Position numbers and translations under genes: made by a program | Assembly: GCA_044220955.1 (NCBI GenBank) | Contig: JBGAQA010000121.1 | Location: 244 to 18,041 of the forward strand | DNA length: 17,798 nt | Direction of reading: 5' to 3' | Origin: Sandaracinaceae bacterium | GTDB taxonomy: Bacteria > Myxococcota_A > Polyangia > Polyangiales > Sandaracinaceae | Shown: one piece after another, positions 1 through 8,579 of the stretch | How the letters are laid out: each line of letters begins with the position of its first letter | Numbering within the stretch: position 1 is the first letter of the stretch | The notes under the pieces: generated by a model | Seen by the model: the letters and a program-made list of their open reading frames with translations, nothing else | Told to the model about the DNA's origin: nothing | The model's database searches: none

Positions 1-3000
1 GCGCGCACCTCCGCCGAGGGCCCGCACGCGAGCGCGTAGTCGCAGAACCGGCAGGCCCCGGGCTGCGGGAGCGCCGGCAAGAGGCCCTTCTCCATCGCCT
101 GCGTGATGGCCTCGGCGAGGGCGCGGATGGCCCCGCGCGCCTCGTCGTCGAGCGGGACCGTGCGCTCGACGAAGCCCGCGCGCGAGCTGCAGAACCAGAG
201 CCGGCCGCCGCTCACCTTCGCCCCGGGGAAGAGCTTCTCGAGCGCGAGCGCGTAGAGCACCGGCTGGAGCGTCTGACCGCCGCGCACGACGAGCGTGCCC
301 CCGCCGCGGATCGCGTACGTCGAGCCCGTCTTGTGGTCCGTGGCCCGGAGCTGGCCCGGCGGAACGCTCTCCTCGACGAGGTCGATCGCGCCACGCAGCG
401 TGATGCCCTCGTCGAGCGCGACGGGCTCGGCCCGGCTCGCCGGATCGCGCCCCGCCTCGTGCCCCGCCAGGCCGAACGCGAGCTCGAAGAAGCGCGGCGT
501 CCACGCGGCATCCGCGGCGAGCCGCGCGAGCCACTCGCGCAGGTCGGCCTCGATCGCGTCGAGCTCCGCGTGGAACACGCGCGGGATCGCCGGCACCAGC
601 CGGTCGACCACCTCGCTGCGCAGCGCGGCGAAGACCCGCGTGAGCGTGGCGATCGCGCCATCGAGCCGCTCGGCCGACAGGGGCAGCGCGCCCTCGCTCC
701 GCAGCGCGAGCAGCGTGAGGAACTGCGCCTCGTGCGTGAGCGAGCCGCGCGTCATCGGATCGAGCTCCTCGAGTCGCGCGGGCTCCGTTCGCGGCTCGAG
801 GCGCAGCACGGAGCGGAAGTGGAAGCGCAGCGGACATGCCGCGAAGCCCTCGAGCGCCGTCGCGGAGTACGCACGCCTGGCCGGCAGGTTCGAGAGGAGC
901 GAGTCGCGCGGGTGTGCCTTGCCCGCGACGAGGCCGTCGGCCGGGCCGAGGCGATCCGCCTCTCTCCGCCACACGCGCAGCAGCGCCGAGCGCAAGAGGA
1001 CGTTGCGCGCGACGACGTCGTTCGCGCGGCCCCGTCCCTCCGGCGGCGGCAGGGCCGCGAGCGCACGCACGCGGCCGATCGCGCGCTCCGAGCGCCTCGC
1101 GGCCGCCTCCGGGCTCCCCACCGCGCCCACCGCGCGCCTCGTCGCGGCCGCCACGTCGGCGCCCGACGCGATCCGCCCGAGCGCCTGGCCGAGCAGCTCG
1201 ACGAAGTAGACGGACGGAACGCGCGGGCGGCCCTCCGGGGTCGTGATCGACGCGAGCGCGACCACGCGGCGCTCCGCCGCACCGACGGCGAGCGCGAGCA
1301 GCAGGCGCTCGTCGTGGGCGCGGGCGTGGGTCTGCTCGAGGTCGGCGCTCAGCGCGGCGCGGGTGGCGTCGGGCAGCAGCGGATCCTCGGCGATGCGTGC
1401 CGGGAACACGCGCTCCGCCAGGCTCGGCACGACCACGACCTCGTAGCTCGCGCCCCGCAGCTCGTCGGGCGTCACGAGGTGCACCCCGTCCCGCGGCGGG
1501 CGGGTCTCCATCGCGCCGAGCCGCGGAGCGAGCACGCGGCCGAGGTCGCCGAGCGTGAGCTCCTCGCCCGAGGGCGTGCGCGGGGCCAGCTCGTCGATTG
1601 CGGCCAGCGCTCGCGCGGGCTCGGCCAGCGCGCGCGTCGCGAGCGCCGAGAGCCGCTCCCGGTACTCGGCGAGCGTCGCGCGAGGTGGGAGCGCGGCGAG
1701 ATCGTCGAGGAGCGGCAGCGCGAAGCGCTCGAGCGCGGCGAGCTCGTCGAGCGTGCGGCGCGTGCCGGCACCGTCTCCGCCCGTGCGATCGAGCTCGCTC
1801 ACGCGCCGGCGGAGATCCTCGGCGAGCCCGCCGATCCGGCGCCGCCAGCGCTCGGGGCCGCCGCCGATCACGGCCGCCTCGACCAGCAGCTTCTCCCACT
1901 GCCGGGGCGCGCGCACCGCGTCGGGTGCGTCGCGCTCGTCGCCCTGCTCGTCGTCGTCGTCGTCGTCGCCGCGCGAGACGTCGCCCCGGCGGGCGGGCGG
2001 AGGCTCGCCCGTCTCCGTTCGCGGCATCGCGCCGAACGAGAGATACGTCGAGAACGCGCGCGCCGAGAGGCCCTCGCTCGCGCACGCGAGCAGCGCGAGC
2101 AGCGCTCGACCGCTCGGGTCGGGCCGCCGAGCGCCGCGGGCCTGCGCGAGCGGGATGCCCGCGCTGCGAAACGCCGCCTCGATCGACGCGCGCACGAGCT
2201 CGGGCTTGCGCAGCGCGATCGCGATGCGGTGCAGCGGCGTGCCCTCGCGGGCGGCGGCGAGCACGCGCCGCGTGATCTCTGCCGCCTCGGCGGCGTCTCC
2301 GCGCGCGAGGATCGTCTCGAGCACGGCGGACGGCGTCCCGGCGTGGGTGCCGGAGAAGAGGGCCTCCGCCAGCCGCGCGGTCTCGCTCGACCCGCTCGCC
2401 GCGTCGGACACGGCGATGCCCTCGAGCTGTCCCAGCGTCCGCGCGTCGGCGCGCGGCACGGTGAAGCACGCGGCGCCGGCCCACGAAGCGATCGCGCGCG
2501 CGAGCTCGCCCGTCAGCCGCGAGCGGATCGCCACGTCCGAGAAGAGCACGCGCGCGCCGGCGAGCGCGCCGCCGAGGACGCCGGTGATCGCATGCTCGAG
2601 CGCCCGCGTGCGCGAGACGAGCCTCTCGGCGACCAGGGCCCGCTCGACGTGCGAGGCGACCGCGGCGAGCTCGGGATCGAACGGAGCGACGCTGCTCGCG
2701 GCGACGTCCGCCGCCCAGAGCTCCTCGAGCGTCCGGCCCAGCGCGCGTGGCATGCCCGGCGAGGCACGAAGGGGCCCCATGCGCGGGAGCGTCGCGGACA
2801 GCGTCGCGAGCGCCTGGGCCGCGGCCGTGTCGATCGCGAGCGGCGTCGCGATCGAGAGCCCCGCCTGCGCGAGCCCGGGCGCGGCGAGCCTCGCGGCGAG
2901 ACGCTCGAGGGTCGTCGCCTCGACGTCGAGCAGCACGCCCGCTCCGAGGGCGAGGTCGGCCACGAGCGCGCGGGCGCTCTCGATGCGCGCGCCGACCACG

Positions 3001-3089
3001 AAGAGCGGCCCCGTGGCCCCGCGGCAGAACGCCAGCGCCGCCTCCCTGCGCGCGGCGCCCGAGGCGTGCGCGAAGACGACGCCGCTCAC
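1..3089 (-). CDS. addB: AddB/RexB-like ATP-dependent helicase/nuclease subunit B (inactive helicase-like N-terminus, C-terminal PD-(D/E)XK nuclease with Fe-S cysteines); 3'-partial
   Basis: Translated by hand; absent from the ORF track because its stop lies outside the window. GTG at 3089 overlaps the symporter stop (GTGA). In one frame: SATALEGFAACPLRFHF (Cys at 834-836), LRGAIDLVEE...ATDHKTG (~325-400), QPVLYALA and CRFCDYALAC (~24-53). This is the four-Cys and RecB-family nuclease signature of AddB. The + strand ORF 333..3362 is its antisense shadow. Confidence 0.88.
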   Translation of the reverse strand, partial: MSGVVFAHASGAARREAALAFCRGATGPLFVVGARIESARALVADLALGAGVLLDVEATTLERLAARLAAPGLAQAGLSIATPLAIDTAAAQALATLSATLPRMGPLRASPGMPRALGRTLEELWAADVAASSVAPFDPELAAVASHVERALVAERLVSRTRALEHAITGVLGGALAGARVLFSDVAIRSRLTGELARAIASWAGAACFTVPRADARTLGQLEGIAVSDAASGSSETARLAEALFSGTHAGTPSAVLETILARGDAAEAAEITRRVLAAAREGTPLHRIAIALRKPELVRASIEAAFRSAGIPLAQARGARRPDPSGRALLALLACASEGLSARAFSTYLSFGAMPRTETGEPPPARRGDVSRGDDDDDDEQGDERDAPDAVRAPRQWEKLLVEAAVIGGGPERWRRRIGGLAEDLRRRVSELDRTGGDGAGTRRTLDELAALERFALPLLDDLAALPPRATLAEYRERLSALATRALAEPARALAAIDELAPRTPSGEELTLGDLGRVLAPRLGAMETRPPRDGVHLVTPDELRGASYEVVVVPSLAERVFPARIAEDPLLPDATRAALSADLEQTHARAHDERLLLALAVGAAERRVVALASITTPEGRPRVPSVYFVELLGQALGRIASGADVAAATRRAVGAVGSPEAAARRSERAIGRVRALAALPPPEGRGRANDVVARNVLLRSALLRVWRREADRLGPADGLVAGKAHPRDSLLSNLPARRAYSATALEGFAACPLRFHFRSVLRLEPRTEPARLEELDPMTRGSLTHEAQFLTLLALRSEGALPLSAERLDGAIATLTRVFAALRSEVVDRLVPAIPRVFHAELDAIEADLREWLARLAADAAWTPRFFELAFGLAGHEAGRDPASRAEPVALDEGITLRGAIDLVEESVPPGQLRATDHKTGSTYAIRGGGTLVVRGGQTLQPVLYALALEKLFPGAKVSGGRLWFCSSRAGFVERTVPLDDEARGAIRALAEAITQAMEKGLLPALPQPGACRFCDYALACGPSAEVR

Positions 3090-4420
3090 GGGCTCGTCTC
3101 CGGAGCGGGCATCTCCGGCGCCTCCGTGTGCAGCACGCCCTCCCAGCGCGCGATCACCACCGACGCCAGGCCGTTGCCGATCACGTTGATCGTGGTGCGC
3201 GCCATGTCCATCAGGCTGTCCACGGCGAGCAGCATCGCGACGCCGGCCTCGGCCGGCAGACCGAAGCTGCCGATCGTCCCGAGGATGATCACGAGCGTCG
3301 CCCGCGGCACGCCCGCGACGCCCTTGCTCGTGAGCATGAAGGTGACGACCATCATGATCTGATCGGCCAGCGGCATCGGGTGATGCGCCGCCTGCGCGAT
3401 CGTGAGGCTCGCGAGCACGAGATAGAGCGTCGAGCCGTCGAGGTTGAACGAGTAGCCCGCCGGGATGACGAAGCTGGCGATGCGCCGCGGCACGCCGAAC
3501 GAGACCACGTCCTCGAGCAGCCGTGGCAGCGCCGCCTCGCTCGAGGCCGTCGTGAACGCCGTCAGCGCCGGCTCGCGGATCGCACGCAGGAACGCGAGCG
3601 GACGCACCCGGACGATCAGCATGATGGGCACGAACACGAGCAGGAGCAGCAGCACGAGCGCGAGGTAGAGCGAGCCGACGAGGCGCGCGTAGCGCCCGAG
3701 GAGATAGAGCACGGCCGGCCAGCCCGACACGACGTGCCCGTCGATCTCCTGTCCCGCGGCCATGTGGCTCACGCTCGCCGCCATCGCGCCGAGCACGCCG
3801 ATCGGCGTCAGGCGCATCACCATGTCCGTGTACTTGAACATGACCTGCGCGATCGACTCGCAGAGCTCGAGCACGTTCTTGCCCCGGGGCCCGATGCGCG
3901 TGAGCGAGATGCCGAAGAGCACCGCGAAGACCACGATGGGCAGCAGGTCGCCCGCGGCCCAGTGCGCGGCGAGGTTCGACGGGAACAGGTGCATCGCGAG
4001 CTGCCAGCCGTCCTGCGGGTGCTCGGGGTGCACGCTCGCCGCCGTCGCGTTCAGGTCGAGCGGCAGGCCCTCGCCCGGCGCGATGCCGTTGCCGATCGCG
4101 AGGCCGATGAAGAGCGCGAGCGTGGTGACGACCTCGAAGTAGAGCAGCGCCTTGCCGCCGAGCCGGCCGATCGCCCGGATCTCGCCCGTCTGCGCGATGC
4201 CGACCACCATCGTCGACAGGATCAGCGGGACGACGAGGCCCTTGATGAGCGCGAGGAACGCGTTGGACGCGAACGCGAAGAGGGAGTGCGCGAAGGGGTG
4301 CGCGTCCTCCGGGAACGTGCCGCCGAGGAGCACACCGAGCGCGAGGCCGATCACGATGTGGAGCGTGCTCGAGCGCCACCAGGGCTTGCGCGCAGGGGCA
4401 GGGGTGTTCGTCTCGCTCAT
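3086..4420 (-). CDS. Dicarboxylate/amino acid:cation symporter (DAACS family, GltP/DctA-like)
   Basis: 444-aa hydrophobic protein with the family motifs AFTTASSEAALP, FVIPAGYSFNLDGSTLY, SKGVAGVPRA and MDMARTTINVIGN. Confidence 0.95.
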   Translation of the reverse strand: MSETNTPAPARKPWWRSSTLHIVIGLALGVLLGGTFPEDAHPFAHSLFAFASNAFLALIKGLVVPLILSTMVVGIAQTGEIRAIGRLGGKALLYFEVVTTLALFIGLAIGNGIAPGEGLPLDLNATAASVHPEHPQDGWQLAMHLFPSNLAAHWAAGDLLPIVVFAVLFGISLTRIGPRGKNVLELCESIAQVMFKYTDMVMRLTPIGVLGAMAASVSHMAAGQEIDGHVVSGWPAVLYLLGRYARLVGSLYLALVLLLLLVFVPIMLIVRVRPLAFLRAIREPALTAFTTASSEAALPRLLEDVVSFGVPRRIASFVIPAGYSFNLDGSTLYLVLASLTIAQAAHHPMPLADQIMMVVTFMLTSKGVAGVPRATLVIILGTIGSFGLPAEAGVAMLLAVDSLMDMARTTINVIGNGLASVVIARWEGVLHTEAPEMPAPETSP

Positions 4421-4440
4421 GCTCGCTCGGGAAGACGCGA

Positions 4441-4501
4441 GTCATATCACCGACTGACGGAGGTTTTCTCGTGCCGCAGGCCCGCGCGCCGGTGAGATGA
4501 T
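4441..4501. promoter_or_regulatory. Divergent promoter region with mirror-image extended -10-like elements
   Basis: tcatatcaccg (4442-4452) and cggtgagatga (4490-4500) form an 11-bp inverted repeat with one mismatch. They read TGA-TATGAC on the - strand and TGA-GATGAT on the + strand. Confidence 0.45.
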
Positions 4502-4507
4502 GTGCGC

Positions 4508-5992
4508 GTGACGCTCTTTCCCCGGCTCTCGGCGGCCGACGACGGCATCGCGCTCCGCCTCGAAGATCGAGCGATCTCGTACCGCACGCTCGCCGGCGCG
4601 TGCGCCGCGCACCTCGAGCGCATGGCGAGGCTCGGTGTCGTCCCGGGCGACCGCGTCGCCATCTTCACCGACGCCACCATCGAGACCGTGGTCACGCTCG
4701 TCGCGAGCGCCGCCACCGGCTTCGTGACCGTGCCCCTCGATCCGAAGCTCGGCGCCCGCGAGCTCGAGCACATCGCGCGCGACGCCGATCCCGTGATCGC
4801 CATCGCCGCCGACCCGCACGCGGCGAGCGGCAAGCTCGGGGCGGTCACCACCGTCCGCGCCGAGATCGGCGCCAGGGACGCGGCCGCGTTCGAGCCCCGG
4901 CCCATCCTCGATGCGCCGATGCTCGTGCTCTACACCTCGGGGACCACGGGGGCGCCGAAGGGGGCGCTGATCTCCAGCGCGAGCGTCGCCTTCGACCTCG
5001 ATGCGCTCGCGGCGGCCTGGGAGTGGTCCGCCGCCGACACCGTCGTCCACGCGCTGCCGCTCTTCCACGTCCACGGCCTGGTCCTCGGGCTCTACGGCGC
5101 CATCCGCCGCGGCGGCGCGCTCCACTGGGTGCCGCGCTTCTCCGCGCCGGCGCTCGGCGCCGCCATGCTCGCCGCGTCGGCCGAGGACGATCGCAGCGCG
5201 GTCCTCTTCGCCGTGCCGACGATCGTGCACCGCATGCTCGAGGCGGCCGAGGGAGATCCGACGCTCCGGGCCGCGCTCGCCTCCGCGCGCCTCCTGGTGT
5301 CCGGCTCGGCGGCGCTGCCCGCGCGCGAGCAAGAGCGTGCGCGCGCCCTCGTCGGCCGCGGCTTCGTCGAGCGCTACGGGATGACCGAGACGCTCATCTC
5401 GTGCGGCGTGCGCGCGAGCGAGGGCGCTCGGCCCGGCCTGGTCGGACGCCCGCTCGAGGGCGTCGAGCTGCGCCTCGTCGACGACGCGCGCGCGCCCATC
5501 GACGCGCGGGACGACGTCGCGATCGGCGAGATCGCCGTCCGCGGTCCGCACGTCTTCCTCGGCTACCTCAACCGGCCGGACGCGACCGCCGAGGTCCGCG
5601 ACGCCGAGGGCTGGTTCTACACCGGCGATCTCGCCACGATGAGGGCCGACGGCGCGGTGCGGATCGTCGGCCGCCGCGCGACCGATCTCATCAAGTGCGG
5701 CGGCTTCAAGATCGGCGCCGGCGAGATCGAGTCCGCGCTGCTCGAGCACCCGGCCGTCCGCGAGGCGGCCGTCGTCGGCGTGCCGGACCCGGATCTGGGC
5801 GAGTCGATCGTCGCGTACGTCGTGCTCGCGCACGACGTGGACGAGGCCCTCTTGGTCGATCACGTCGCGCGCATGCTCTCGCCCCACAAGCGGCCACGCC
5901 GCGTGATCCGGCTCGAGGAGCTGCCGCGCAACGCGATGGGCAAGGTGCAGAAGAAGCTGCTCCGCGATGGCGAGCGCGGGAGCGTAGGGTAG
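4508..5992 (+). CDS. Acyl-CoA synthetase (AMP-forming), MatB/ACSF3 malonyl-CoA synthetase-like
   Basis: Motifs YTSGTTGAPKG, LPLFHVHGL, ERYGMTET, WFYTGD, GRRATDLIKCGG and LPRNAMGKVQK. The start is GTG 4502 or 4508; 4508 fits a -10-like GATGAT 6 nt upstream. Confidence 0.93.
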   Translation: MTLFPRLSAADDGIALRLEDRAISYRTLAGACAAHLERMARLGVVPGDRVAIFTDATIETVVTLVASAATGFVTVPLDPKLGARELEHIARDADPVIAIAADPHAASGKLGAVTTVRAEIGARDAAAFEPRPILDAPMLVLYTSGTTGAPKGALISSASVAFDLDALAAAWEWSAADTVVHALPLFHVHGLVLGLYGAIRRGGALHWVPRFSAPALGAAMLAASAEDDRSAVLFAVPTIVHRMLEAAEGDPTLRAALASARLLVSGSAALPAREQERARALVGRGFVERYGMTETLISCGVRASEGARPGLVGRPLEGVELRLVDDARAPIDARDDVAIGEIAVRGPHVFLGYLNRPDATAEVRDAEGWFYTGDLATMRADGAVRIVGRRATDLIKCGGFKIGAGEIESALLEHPAVREAAVVGVPDPDLGESIVAYVVLAHDVDEALLVDHVARMLSPHKRPRRVIRLEELPRNAMGKVQKKLLRDGERGSVG

Positions 5993-5996
5993 AGGT

Positions 5997-7442
5997 ATGC
6001 GCGTACCGCTCCTGGTCCTCTGGCTCGCGGCCGTCCCGGCCTGCGCCAACCCCGGCCTGCCCTACGGGCACAGGGACGGCGGCTCCGACGCCGGCGTGGC
6101 GCGCGCGGACGGCGGGGGCGGCCCGGATGCGGGCGCCGACGCGGGTCTCGATGGCGGTGGCGGTCGGGACGGCGGTCCCGGCACCGACGCGGCGGCGCCG
6201 CTGGACGCCGGGTCCGACGCCGCGATGCTCCCGGACACGGGCGTGGACGCGGCGGCGCTCCCCGACGCGGGCATGGACGCGGCGATGCTCCCCGACGCCG
6301 GCCGCGACGCCGGCCCCGTCACCCCCGGCCCCGGCAGCTACCTCTATTCCCGCACGCCGATCGGCGGCATGCACGAGGCGGTCGCCGTCGCCTTCCACCC
6401 CGACGGCAGCTACGCGCTCGTCCTCGAGCGCGACACCAGCGTGCGCGTCTACGACTGGGCGGCGCGCACGGCGGTCGCGTTCGATCTCCGCGTCGGCGGC
6501 CGCGTGCTCACCCTCACCGACGTCTCCTTCGCTCCCGCGGGCGGCTCGGCGTACGTCGTGGGCTACGAGACGGTGAGCGGCGCGAACACCGGCGTCGTGA
6601 TCCGCTTCGACGACGCGACGTGGCGCGCGACGCCGACGATCGCCGCGTTCACGCGCACCGCGATCACGCGGGCGGGCGAGCGCTTCACCGGCATCGAGCG
6701 ACCGAGCGCGGGCGACGGCCCCGTCGGCGACGGACGTCCGGTGCTGCTCTCGGCGTCCGGCACCTCGAGCTACATCGCGCGCCTGCGCGACATCGATCCG
6801 GCGACCGACACGCTCGGCGCGTTCGTCACCGCGCAGCCGACGAGCGCGGGCTGCGACGACCTCGCGTTCGTGGACAACGAGTTCGGCACGTGGGGCATCG
6901 TGCTCGCGTGCGGCGCGAACGGCGCCGACGCACCTTATTACACGGAGGTCGGCGGCACCCCCGAGTGGCGCCCCGGCCCCGCGGCCACGCTCGGCAACGC
7001 GTCGCGCGCGGCCTCGCACGGCAGCGGCGACTACGCGCTCGTCGTCTCGTGGTCGGGCCGCGACCTCGACCGCTTCCAGGCCGGCGCGTGGCACGGCGCC
7101 TCGACGGTCCCCGGCTGGCCGGCGATCGGCGTGTGGGACGTGAGCTTCTCGCCCGACGGCGCGCGCGCGCTCGTCGTCGGCCGCGCGAGCGGCGGCGCGT
7201 CGCTGGTCGGCACCGTGCTCGAGTACCGGCACGACCTCTACACGACGGCGGCGATCACCAACGTCTCGATCCCGGCCTTCGCCGTCGCGCCCTACCTCGG
7301 CACGAGCAACACCAACCTCAACGACTCCGCGTTCCGCCCCGGCTGCGACGGCGGCCTCGTCGTCGGCGGCGAGACGGGCTTCAGCGGCTCGACGGGGATG
7401 ATCGTGGAGTTCCAGATCGAGGGCGCGCGCGCCTGCCGGTGA
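5997..7442 (+). CDS. Putative lipoprotein with DAG-repeat stalk and WD40-like beta-propeller domain
   Basis: Signal peptide ending in VPAC, then an Asp/Ala/Gly-rich linker. Blade-like repeats follow: AVAFHPDGSYALVL, DVSFAPAGGSAYVVG, DVSFSPDGARALVVG and DSAFRPGCDGGLVVG. ATG lies 4 nt after the synthetase stop. Confidence 0.8.
   Translation: MRVPLLVLWLAAVPACANPGLPYGHRDGGSDAGVARADGGGGPDAGADAGLDGGGGRDGGPGTDAAAPLDAGSDAAMLPDTGVDAAALPDAGMDAAMLPDAGRDAGPVTPGPGSYLYSRTPIGGMHEAVAVAFHPDGSYALVLERDTSVRVYDWAARTAVAFDLRVGGRVLTLTDVSFAPAGGSAYVVGYETVSGANTGVVIRFDDATWRATPTIAAFTRTAITRAGERFTGIERPSAGDGPVGDGRPVLLSASGTSSYIARLRDIDPATDTLGAFVTAQPTSAGCDDLAFVDNEFGTWGIVLACGANGADAPYYTEVGGTPEWRPGPAATLGNASRAASHGSGDYALVVSWSGRDLDRFQAGAWHGASTVPGWPAIGVWDVSFSPDGARALVVGRASGGASLVGTVLEYRHDLYTTAAITNVSIPAFAVAPYLGTSNTNLNDSAFRPGCDGGLVVGGETGFSGSTGMIVEFQIEGARACR
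6204..6314 (+). repeat. Intragenic imperfect 30-bp tandem repeat (~3.5 copies, D(A/T)GxDAAxLP)
   Basis: Units at 6204, 6234 and 6264, with a partial unit at 6294, encode DAGSDAAMLP / DTGVDAAALP / DAGMDAAMLP / DAGRDAG. Confidence 0.85.
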
Positions 7443-7468
7443 AGCGCCGGCGGTCGCGGTCGCGCACG

Positions 7469-8251
7469 TCAGAAGATCCCGTTCCCCGAGAGCGCGGCGC
7501 TGGCGGTGCCCCCGGGAGAAGCGGTCGCGACGAGGCTCGCGCTGCGTGGGCCCGCCAGCGTCGGCGCGAAGTGGACGTCGACGATGCAGCTCGCCCGGGA
7601 GGCCAAGGTCATGCCCGTACAGTCGTCGGTCAGCATCGCGAACTCCGCGGCGTCGACTCCTGCGATCGCGACGGAGAGCGCTCCCGTCGTCCCGAGCCGG
7701 CAAGGATTGGTCACGGTGAAGGTCACGGGCGCGCTCGCCGCCCCGACCGTGACGTCGGCGAAGTCGTAGGGGCTCGGCGTGACCGAGAGGTCGCAGGCCG
7801 CCACCCCTTCCGCGGTCAGCGGCACGTCGACGCTCGCCGCCGACGCGCGGACCTGCAGCACCGCCGCGGCGGAGGCATCGCGCGACGGCTCGAACCCGAG
7901 CGACACGACGCAGCTCGCTCCGGGCGCGAGCGTGGCCCCCTCACACGTCGTCACGGTCGCGTCGATCGCGAAGTCGGTCGCCGACGCGCCTGCGAGCTGC
8001 AGGTGCACGGCCGACGCGGCGCCGAGGCCAGTGTTCCTGATCGTCACCCGCTGCGGCGCGCTGGTGCTGCCGATGTCGACGGTACCGAAGTCGACGCTCG
8101 CGGGGTCGCTCGTCAGAGCGGCGCTGACGAACCCGAGGTCCGGCGCGAAACCACCGTCCTCCCAGGTGTCCCCGAGCACCGCCGCGTCGGTGCCGCCGCC
8201 GGGTGCACAGGCGACGAGGACCATCACCGAGACGAGCGTGCCCCAGCGCAT
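7469..8251 (-). CDS. Putative lipoprotein with two tandem Ig-like (choice-of-anchor D / ASH-type) domains
   Basis: MRWGTLVSVMVLVAC lipobox-like signal. Two similar domains: PASVDFGTVDIG...VTIRNTG...C..TLAPGASCVVSLGFEP and PSPYDFADVTVG...FTVTN...CTGMTLASRASCIVDVHFAP. ATG 8251 is preferred over the track start at 8272. Confidence 0.85.
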   Translation of the reverse strand: MRWGTLVSVMVLVACAPGGGTDAAVLGDTWEDGGFAPDLGFVSAALTSDPASVDFGTVDIGSTSAPQRVTIRNTGLGAASAVHLQLAGASATDFAIDATVTTCEGATLAPGASCVVSLGFEPSRDASAAAVLQVRASAASVDVPLTAEGVAACDLSVTPSPYDFADVTVGAASAPVTFTVTNPCRLGTTGALSVAIAGVDAAEFAMLTDDCTGMTLASRASCIVDVHFAPTLAGPRSASLVATASPGGTASAALSGNGIF

Positions 8252-8345
8252 CGCCGCCCAGCATGTCGGCACGGCCGCGGCGGGTCCAGCGGCGCGCTCG
8301 TCCTCCGATCCCGCACCTGCGACGCACGCACGGTAGACCGGCTGC

Positions 8346-8427
8346 GTGCGGAGCCCCGACGACCCTCTCGCGATCGCGTCGCTCGTCAGCCAGCGGCTGA
8401 CGGGCCTGGGGGTCGCTCACATGCTCG
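8346..8427 (+). pseudogene. Truncated N-terminal gene fragment, possibly of a nucleotidyltransferase-like protein, fused to the ParE remnant
   Basis: GTG 8346 is preceded by TAGACC plus 6 nt and encodes DDPLAIASLVSQRLTGLGVAHML. This resembles the helix-strand preceding the GGS/GS motif in small TA-associated nucleotidyltransferases. The resemblance is from memory only. Confidence 0.35.
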
Positions 8428-8555
8428 ACGTTTCGGCGGGCGCACTTGGCACGCTTTCCGTACACGGTCTTCTTCCGGCTCGTGCGGACGTCATCGAGGT
8501 CGTCGCCGTGGCCCACCAGCGACGCAAGCCCGGCGCGTGGCTCGAGAAGCGATGA
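8428..8555 (+). pseudogene. Frameshifted, 5'-truncated RelE/ParE-family toxin remnant
   Basis: The frame of 8446 reads TFRRAHLARFPYTVFFRL. After a one-base slip near 8479-8484, the frame of 8346 reads ADVIEVVAVAHQRRKPGAWLEKR*. Joined, these give the typical ParE-like C-terminal half (RR..L.RFPY...R.....VVAVAH.RR.P..W). The upstream frame is closed by TGA at 8398-8400. Confidence 0.8.
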
Positions 8556-8579
8556 CCTTCGCCGCACCCGCCGCGCTCG

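Noticed and set aside
1..900. Four-Cys PD-(D/E)XK domain as Cas4
   Set aside because: It is the C-terminus of a >1000-aa protein with AddB architecture, with no CRISPR context.
333..3362. Long + strand ORFs (1009 aa, 544 aa, 304 aa)
   Set aside because: Arg/Ala-rich antisense or off-frame shadows of the AddB-like gene, as expected in very high-GC DNA; no recognisable motifs.
6204..6314. 30-bp periodic repeats as a possible CRISPR array
   Set aside because: They are contiguous, in frame, lack unique spacers, encode a protein linker, and no cas genes are present.
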